Source of the DNA: Bradymonadia bacterium
GTDB taxonomy: Bacteria; Myxococcota_A; Bradymonadia; UBA7976; UBA1532
Reading direction: 5' to 3'
Length of the DNA: 64,000 nucleotides
NCBI GenBank assembly: GCA_046290225.1
Contig: JBKAGE010000048.1
Coordinates: 1-64,000, forward strand
The notes below the pieces were generated by a model. The model was not told where the DNA came from. It searched no databases and saw nothing but the letters and a program-made list of their open reading frames with translations. Shown piece after piece: positions 56,228-64,000 of this stretch. The translations under genes and the position numbers were made by a program. The stretch's first letter is position 1, and each line of letters opens with the position of its first letter.

Positions 56228-58663
56228 TCAGTCCACGGTGAGCTTCATCAGGAAGATCTCGCCGTCAGGACCATTCCCCTCGTTCCCCTCAAGCGTGTCG
56301 AGGGGCATCGCGCCGGTGCCCTCTACGCCTTCCGTGCCCTCCAGCGGCGCTCCGCTCAGATCGAAGATCCCGTTGAACGACGGCACCATGTTGAAGTTGC
56401 GGTCCTGAGCGGCGGCCTCATCGGCGTTCACCAGCCCGCGGTTGCCCTCCGGCATGTTGAGGGTGGCCTCGGGGATCAACTCGAAGCCGAAAGTGCACGC
56501 ATCACCAGGGCCACAGTCCGCCGCACAGGCAGCGTCGCCATCAGGGCAGTAAGTGCTCCAATCGAAGGGGCGATCATCCTCGGCGTCGCCGGGCTTGCGC
56601 GTGGCGTCGTACCAGTACCCGTGATACCGGAAGTGGTTGTTGGGGTTGGTGTAGGCCTGTCCGGCGACGAGCAGCTCACCCTCGGGGCCCACAGCCACGC
56701 CCTTTACACGGTGCTCGCCCATCTCCTCGGCGCCCTTACCGGTGTAATAGAAGGTGGCCCAAGTCAGCTCGCCGGTGTCTTTGTTCGCACGGACCAGCAA
56801 ACCGTCGCCGAACTGCGCGTCGTACTCGCTCACCCCCACGCGGCCGCCGATGTAGAGCTGATCTCCCACGACCTGCACCACGTGGGTGTTGTCCTTGTCG
56901 CCTGCACCCGTGGGATGGAAGCTACGTCCCCAGCGGAAGTTGCCGTCGCGATCCACCTGCATGACGCTGAATGACGTGTTGGCCCCACGGCGGTCGAGCG
57001 ACAAATAGGCGTTGCCTGCGTCATCCACATCGATGTGGTTGATGTTGCTGCCCACGCCCATATTCACCCGGCGAGCCCACCGCAGCGAGGGGCGGTTTTC
57101 GCGAATGCCCGTGACGTACATCAGCAAGCCACGGCCGTTGGTCAGCCCGCCGATGAAGGCCCCATCACGGCCATCAGCCTTGATGGCGTAGCCGCGATCG
57201 TTGCTGCCGGCGGCCACCTCGATGTTTCGCTGGAACTTCACAGAACCATCCTGGGGGTCGAGGCCGAGGAACAACACCTTGGCGTTGTCTTCGTCCACAC
57301 CGGTCACCAGCACGTGGTCTTCAGTGACGTCGACCCCATAGGCTTCGTTGCCGTCCCGGGCGATGCGGGGCCCCGAGGTGTTGCCCCAGGTCTTCTGCCA
57401 CAGCACCTCCCCGGTCTCGCCGTCGAGCTTGATGACCAGACTCCAGAACAGGCTGTTGCTGCTCGTGGCGCTGTGGCTGCCCACTACGTACACATCACCA
57501 GCGCCGTCGATGGCGATCGAACCTGCGCCGCCACCAGTCTCGGCGTTCTGCCCTGGATCACGGCTGTAGTCCTGGAACTTGCCGCTCCAGGCCTTGAGCC
57601 ACGCGAGTCGGCCACTGGCGTCGACTTTGCCCACCACGATGTCGTGGGCGAAGTTGTTGATCACCTGGGTGACGTTGGCGGTGAAGATCAGATTGCCTTC
57701 GGCATCAGCCACCATGCCGCCCATCAACTCGTCGGTGTCCATGCCACCCAGAGCCATCTCCCACTGACTCTGCCCATGGGAGAACATGGTGGTGGCCCGA
57801 GGGCGGGCCCGGCCCGATGCGGTGAATCGGTAGGTCTCACCGTCATCGTAGGTGATCACCACGTCGGCCTGTCGCGGCGCCTGACACACACCCTCGAGGC
57901 AATACTCACCGCGGTACCGGATCGGTGGGCAGTCCATGTCGTCGGCGAAGCAGCCGCAGTCTCGGTCCTCCTGGCAGGCATACTCTTCACCTTCAAAGGG
58001 CGGCAGGTCACCACCCACCGAGTAGAAGCACAGGTCGAAGTCCACCGATTCGCCTGGGGCGATGGTGGCCCCAGCGATGATCTGCTCGTCGTTGTCGTTG
58101 AGGCAGTTCCGGATCGTGAACTCCTCGGGCTGAATGCCTTCGGGGTACTCGATGTGGATGTCATCGATGTTGACTGGCGCGTCGCTCTCGTTGGCTACGG
58201 TGTAGATGTCACCATAGAACGAGAAGAGCGGGGTCCGGGCGTTCCCGGCGTTCATGGGATGGAAGTAGCCACCACCGCTGTCGACGTCAGTGCCGCCCAC
58301 CCGCACCTGAATCGGATGTGATGCTGTGGGGCCACCACCGCCGGCGCCACCCTCGTCGCCACCAGCGCCGCCTTCACCTCCACGACCTCCACCGCCTTCA
58401 CCGCCCATTTCTCCGCCGGCGCCGCCCTCTGGCAGACCGCCCATGGGCTCGCCGCCAGCACCACCTTCCAACTCACCGCCCATGCCTCCTTCGGGGGCGC
58501 CACCCATCCCCATGTCGTGAGCCGCGCTGCCTGCTGCGCCATCCTCAGGGCATGGCCCGCCGTCACAGCTGTCGCTGCTGGTGTCACACGCGCTGAGGCT
58601 CACGGCGAGCGCTGCAGACAGGGTCAAACTGGCAAGACGACGGCGGCTCCATTGAGATGCCAT
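56228..58663 (-). CDS. Lipoprotein with Gly-rich linker, Ig-like domain and beta-propeller repeats
   Basis: Lipobox LSA-C; GG-rich spacer; repeats IAIDGAGDVYVVG, IDVDDAGNAYL, KLDGETGEVLWQKTW. Confidence 0.75.
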   Translation of the reverse strand: MASQWSRRRLASLTLSAALAVSLSACDTSSDSCDGGPCPEDGAAGSAAHDMGMGGAPEGGMGGELEGGAGGEPMGGLPEGGAGGEMGGEGGGGRGGEGGAGGDEGGAGGGGPTASHPIQVRVGGTDVDSGGGYFHPMNAGNARTPLFSFYGDIYTVANESDAPVNIDDIHIEYPEGIQPEEFTIRNCLNDNDEQIIAGATIAPGESVDFDLCFYSVGGDLPPFEGEEYACQEDRDCGCFADDMDCPPIRYRGEYCLEGVCQAPRQADVVITYDDGETYRFTASGRARPRATTMFSHGQSQWEMALGGMDTDELMGGMVADAEGNLIFTANVTQVINNFAHDIVVGKVDASGRLAWLKAWSGKFQDYSRDPGQNAETGGGAGSIAIDGAGDVYVVGSHSATSSNSLFWSLVIKLDGETGEVLWQKTWGNTSGPRIARDGNEAYGVDVTEDHVLVTGVDEDNAKVLFLGLDPQDGSVKFQRNIEVAAGSNDRGYAIKADGRDGAFIGGLTNGRGLLMYVTGIRENRPSLRWARRVNMGVGSNINHIDVDDAGNAYLSLDRRGANTSFSVMQVDRDGNFRWGRSFHPTGAGDKDNTHVVQVVGDQLYIGGRVGVSEYDAQFGDGLLVRANKDTGELTWATFYYTGKGAEEMGEHRVKGVAVGPEGELLVAGQAYTNPNNHFRYHGYWYDATRKPGDAEDDRPFDWSTYCPDGDAACAADCGPGDACTFGFELIPEATLNMPEGNRGLVNADEAAAQDRNFNMVPSFNGIFDLSGAPLEGTEGVEGTGAMPLDTLEGNEGNGPDGEIFLMKLTVD

Positions 58664-58784
58664 GGATACACTCCTCCACTGAGTTGGGATCATGCGGAGC
58701 TGCACATGCGGCTCCGGTGCTCAGCAGGGGGTTACAGGGAGAGTGGGAGATTCTTTTGGGTGAGGCGAAAAAATGCGCGAGTGA

Positions 58785-60170
58785 TCAGTGAACGATGCCG
58801 TACACATCCTCGAGCGTGTGCCATCTGAGACCCTTGATGTCGGTCTCCGGTCGATTGCGAGTGAAGGCTCTCAATCCCACAGAGGCATTGTGCGGGTTTG
58901 GATAGAGCTTACGCTTGCGTTGAAGCTCGGCGAGTAGAGCAGGTGCCGAAGATACTGTGCCCCATTTGCACTCACCGAGATCGACCCAGTCATCTGCCCT
59001 CACACTCACCACATCGATCTGGACCTGAGCGTTCCAGAACTCTCCGATCTCGAAGGTCGTCGAGACGCCCTCTTGAGCATAGAGCGCAGGCAGGGCTAGA
59101 CGGCACATCCGTTCGAAGCACAGGCCAAAGTGACCGGGCAGGTGAGGCTTGATGGCATGGTCGAACAAGGCTGATGGGCCTTGCTGAGCAAGGGCGCTCT
59201 GATGTGGAAACACAAAACGGAACCAGAACTTCAACAATGGATCGTCGAGGGTATAGCGGACTCGGCGTCCCCGTCCTGCGCCTGGTGAGAGAGGTTGGCG
59301 CCGGCGTACATAACCCAGTCCTTCGAGCTGTTGCAGATAGTAGGGCAGGCTGCGTTCGGGCAGAGCTGTGGCTCTGGCAAGCGTCGAGACTGATGCGGAG
59401 CTCCGAGCAAGCGCCATCAAAATGGCGTGATAGTTTCGGACCTCTCTCAATTCTTCCCGCAAGAGAAACTCAGGCTCCCGGTAGAGAGGTGCAAACTCAT
59501 CGAGCAGCTGCGACCTGATGTTCATCTCTACAGAGCATTGGTCGTCGAACGTCTTCAGATATTGAGGGACACCACCACAGATGAAGTGCGTGCGAGCTGC
59601 GTCAGCGAGGCTGTAGTTGGGGTGAAATGCCCGTGCTTCGCGGTGCCCAAAGGGCTGAAGGTGGATCTGTGCTGTGCGCCGACCGAAGAGTGGGCTCTCC
59701 TGACCGAGCACTTCACGCTCCATGAAGCCGATGAATGACCCGCAGAGCATGATCAGGGTGGGTTGATGGCGCCAATGCTGATCCCAGAGTCCTTGTAAGA
59801 CCGAGGGCAACTCCGGGCTGGCCTCAACAGTCCACTGAAACTCGTCAAATGCAAGGAGCAATGGGCGACCAGCAGGCCAGCGCTGAGTGAGTGTCAGCAA
59901 GCACGTATGCCAGTCACTCGCGTCGATGTGTGCGAGGAGGGGTTCGTCAGCAGCAATGGCGGCGTTTTGAAGGAAGGCTCTGCGTTGCAACTCGGCAGGT
60001 GCTTTTTGCCCGAGGTGATAGACCCCAAGGTGTTCGCTGAGCAGTTTGATGATCAGCGCGCTCTTACCGACACGTCGACGACCATAAATGGGGATGAGAT
60101 CACCAGATGTGCTGGTGGCTGCGCGACGCAGCAAAGACAACTCACGCTCTCGGCCAATGAAAGGATCCAT
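58785..60170 (-). CDS. Archaeal-ATPase-family AAA protein with wHTH and C-terminal DUF234 (PD-(D/E)XK-like) domain
   Basis: FIGRERELSLL, YGRRRVGKS, FDEFQW, LCGS, SPLFGRRT, GGVPQYL, DPLLKFWFRF, QIDVV...GECKW. Confidence 0.9.
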   Translation of the reverse strand: MDPFIGRERELSLLRRAATSTSGDLIPIYGRRRVGKSALIIKLLSEHLGVYHLGQKAPAELQRRAFLQNAAIAADEPLLAHIDASDWHTCLLTLTQRWPAGRPLLLAFDEFQWTVEASPELPSVLQGLWDQHWRHQPTLIMLCGSFIGFMEREVLGQESPLFGRRTAQIHLQPFGHREARAFHPNYSLADAARTHFICGGVPQYLKTFDDQCSVEMNIRSQLLDEFAPLYREPEFLLREELREVRNYHAILMALARSSASVSTLARATALPERSLPYYLQQLEGLGYVRRRQPLSPGAGRGRRVRYTLDDPLLKFWFRFVFPHQSALAQQGPSALFDHAIKPHLPGHFGLCFERMCRLALPALYAQEGVSTTFEIGEFWNAQVQIDVVSVRADDWVDLGECKWGTVSSAPALLAELQRKRKLYPNPHNASVGLRAFTRNRPETDIKGLRWHTLEDVYGIVH

Positions 60171-60199
60171 ACGTTGAGGTTAGGGTGGCCCCTCCTCGT

Positions 60200-60264
60200 T
60201 TACAAGTCGTGACTCGACAAGTCGTGACTCGACAAGTCGTGACTCGACAAGTCGTGACTTGTAA
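60200..60264. repeat. 15-bp tandem repeat (ACAAGTCGTGACTCG x ~4) bracketed by the palindrome TTACAAGTC-GT-GACTTGTAA
   Basis: Units start at 60202, 60217, 60232 and 60247; the outer ends form a perfect inverted repeat; 30 bp upstream of the ATPase start. Confidence 0.93.
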
Positions 60265-60269
60265 TCCTC

Positions 60270-61805
<1,536 letters not shown>

Positions 61806-61892
61806 GATGGGCCTCCGCAAGGCTGCAGGTGGGTCAAGACGCTCAGAGTGTAACAAGCTTTGTGGGGCACGCGCCTGAAATCTACCAGCAGG

Positions 61893-63170
61893 TCAGTCGT
61901 CGTCTCGGGACATCAGGTGGTGGTGAAAATCTCGGGCTTCTTCGGTGGGGAAGTACGCCTCGGGTCTGCGTGTCAGATGATAGCGCCGAAAGGCTGCCGT
62001 GAAGTCCGCAGGATCAGCATCGAACCACGCCTCGAAGTGACCCGAGCCCCGCATCAGTCGGCCGAACCGCAGGTGGGCGACGAGCAGAGATGCCACCTTG
62101 ATGCCATCGTGCTGGGCAGGCACGGGCAGGGGCCCAGGTACATCCTCGGGCCAGAGCGCGAGGAGCTTCGATGTGGGGTCCGTGGCGCAGAGCCCATGGA
62201 GCATGGCCTGTTCGAAACGCGCCCAGCGTGCGGCATCTACAGAGGGGAGTGTGGAGGCGGCTTGAGGGTGGCGGGGCGTGGTTGCGGTGCCATGGGTGTC
62301 GATGACTGAGCGGGCCCGAGCCATTTCTTCATAGAGCACGGGCACATCAACAGGCGTCACCGTGCCTTCCATGCGCTCGAGGTTCACCAGCTGCAGGTGC
62401 GGGCATCTGGGCAGCACCCACTCCAGCAGATCCCAGACTGGCTCGGGGATGGCGTCGCTGTGGGCATCGAGGCGTACAGTGCGACCCTCGGGCAGCCAGC
62501 CCGGCGGGCTCTCGGCGCCACCAGAGATGTGGATCTCGATGACCTGCCTCAGGTCGAGCTGATCGAGCCAGGCTCGCGGGTCGAAGCCCAAGTTGAGGCC
62601 CATCGTGTAGACGTTGTGCAGGTCGAGCAACAGATGGCCGCCGGCGAGATCGAGTGTGCGGCGCAGGTGAGCAGGCTCATCGAGTGGATCCCCGAGAGTG
62701 AAGCAGGTCACCGTGTTCTCAACCCCCACCTCGGGCACCACCTGTCGTAGCCGTTGCAATCGGTGCGCGACGACAACGCTGGCGTCTGTGATGGGGGGCA
62801 AAGGCATGGGCTGGGCGAGGTTCTGGCCCAGTGGGGCGCTCAAGCCATGATGATCGGTGTACCAGCGAAAATCGAACTGATGATGTGTCCGGGCGATGGC
62901 GTCGAGCCAGCGATCGAAGCGGGCGCCATCTTCAGTGCTCGCGCTTCCAACAGACAAACCCACACCATGAGCCACACAGGGCTTGCCGGTGCGCTGTTGT
63001 AGTTCGGCGAAGCGTTGGAAGAAGCCGTTTGGGTGCAGAGTGCCGTCCTCGTCAGCGTACCAGAGGGTCTCTGGCGCCACCTCGTACACGTCAGGTACGT
63101 GCTCGATGAGATCGGCGAGCAGATCGAGAAAGCCCTCGTCGGGCTGCAGGGTGAATCCGAGGGCGATCAC
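61893..63170 (-). CDS. DUF692 family multinuclear non-heme iron oxidative enzyme (MNIO) with C-terminal extension
   Basis: EVAPETLW, HGVGLSVG, WYTDHHG, GVEN, LLDLHNVY, EIHISGG, DAHSDAI, NLERME; GTG start overlaps the upstream stop (GTGA). Confidence 0.88.
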   Translation of the reverse strand: MIALGFTLQPDEGFLDLLADLIEHVPDVYEVAPETLWYADEDGTLHPNGFFQRFAELQQRTGKPCVAHGVGLSVGSASTEDGARFDRWLDAIARTHHQFDFRWYTDHHGLSAPLGQNLAQPMPLPPITDASVVVAHRLQRLRQVVPEVGVENTVTCFTLGDPLDEPAHLRRTLDLAGGHLLLDLHNVYTMGLNLGFDPRAWLDQLDLRQVIEIHISGGAESPPGWLPEGRTVRLDAHSDAIPEPVWDLLEWVLPRCPHLQLVNLERMEGTVTPVDVPVLYEEMARARSVIDTHGTATTPRHPQAASTLPSVDAARWARFEQAMLHGLCATDPTSKLLALWPEDVPGPLPVPAQHDGIKVASLLVAHLRFGRLMRGSGHFEAWFDADPADFTAAFRRYHLTRRPEAYFPTEEARDFHHHLMSRDDD

Positions 63171-64000
63171 CACTTGTCGTCCAGAGCATAGAAGTTCAAG
63201 AAGCGCCGACCTGCATCCGGTACGTAGCCCAGGCCGCACATCTGGCCTTGTTGGTATTCAACGACAGGATCTGGATGCTCGACGTGCTCACCACAGTGGG
63301 TACGCACTGCCCACAGGGCAGAGCGGACGGGGATTTTGTGATCTCGGGTGCGGCGATACACCAGCTCGGCGAGGGCGATTTTGAGAGACATCCAGTGAGG
63401 GGCTTCACGGGCTGTCACAGCCTGATAGACCAGAGCTGCCCCTGCTTCGATCTGTTCAGCGCCCAGCGTCTCGCCCGCAGAGAGAGCAGCGCGAATCATC
63501 TCGGCCTCCTCACCGAGCGCTACAGTGGCTTGTGCCACATAGACGTCGAGCCGATCAGGCAGCTGAAGCGTGGCCAGCATCTGGCGTCCGGTGAAGTTGA
63601 GTTGAGCGCCATAGACTTGGGGCAACAATTTGGATGCCCGTGGCCTCGGATCCGGATCAGCGTCGTCGAAGAGTCGACGCAGCTCGCTGGGGGTCCCGAG
63701 CTCGAGGGCGTCCACCATGCCGTACGCTCGCATTGTGTCGGTGTCTACGCGCACCAGCAGTGGATCCTCGACTTTAAAATCAGGAAACACCTGCTGCAGG
63801 GTGTGTCTACGGGCAGCGATGATGTCGCACAGCGCCAACGGGGCGATCAGGTCAGGCCCGGCGTGCATGAAAAACTCACCCCACACTCGACCCCGATCGT
63901 AGCCCACACCATAGCGATCATCGGGCACCACCAGAATGAGAGCAGGGCGCCCTGCGGTGCGGGCAGAGGCGAGCACCTCACGCAGGCGCGTGAGATCATC
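63167..64000 (-). CDS. Hypothetical protein coupled to DUF692 (N-terminus beyond the right edge)
   Basis: Frame is open to position 64000 (DDLTRLREVLASARTAGRPALILVVP...); ends QMCGLGYVPDAGRRFLNFYALDDKW. Confidence 0.75.
   Translation of the reverse strand, partial: DDLTRLREVLASARTAGRPALILVVPDDRYGVGYDRGRVWGEFFMHAGPDLIAPLALCDIIAARRHTLQQVFPDFKVEDPLLVRVDTDTMRAYGMVDALELGTPSELRRLFDDADPDPRPRASKLLPQVYGAQLNFTGRQMLATLQLPDRLDVYVAQATVALGEEAEMIRAALSAGETLGAEQIEAGAALVYQAVTAREAPHWMSLKIALAELVYRRTRDHKIPVRSALWAVRTHCGEHVEHPDPVVEYQQGQMCGLGYVPDAGRRFLNFYALDDKW

Noticed and set aside
60200..60264. Possible CRISPR array next to a nuclease-like gene
   Set aside because: 15-bp head-to-tail units with no spacers; too short for CRISPR repeats.

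Overview
GC-rich bacterial chromosomal window, probably from Myxococcota or a related lineage (inferred from acidic/Cys-rich lipoproteins and a MYXO-CTERM-like tail). In order, it holds: the start of a chemosensory operon (STAS-cheY-cheA, cut by the left edge); degP/htrA; several lipoproteins; an Rpn-like PD-(D/E)XK protein; a complete urease operon (ureDABCEFG); a tandem pair of STAND-like AAA ATPases; a rearranged nine-gene Pel-like exopolysaccharide cluster; SRPBCC-LysR; a ~500-bp structured intergenic inverted element; formyltransferase, GT4 and dipeptidase genes; an overlapping Rnl2 RNA ligase-PhoD-DUF4291 operon; a GbsR/MarR-type regulator divergent from a menaquinone operon (menF-D-A-C-E, polyprenyl synthase, DAHP synthase, menG) with a thioesterase gene nested antisense inside the menE ORF; FGE-domain and beta-propeller lipoproteins; an ATPase-DUF234 gene; DUF362; and a DUF692 (MNIO) gene coupled to a truncated upstream gene. 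Best leads: the putative RNA-repair operon, the nested antisense thioesterase, the REP-like branched inverted element at ~34.0-34.55 kb, the internal start in the Rpn-like gene, the atypical Pel cluster and the MNIO pair. All family calls come from motifs recognised by eye; no searches were run, and several start codons are estimates.
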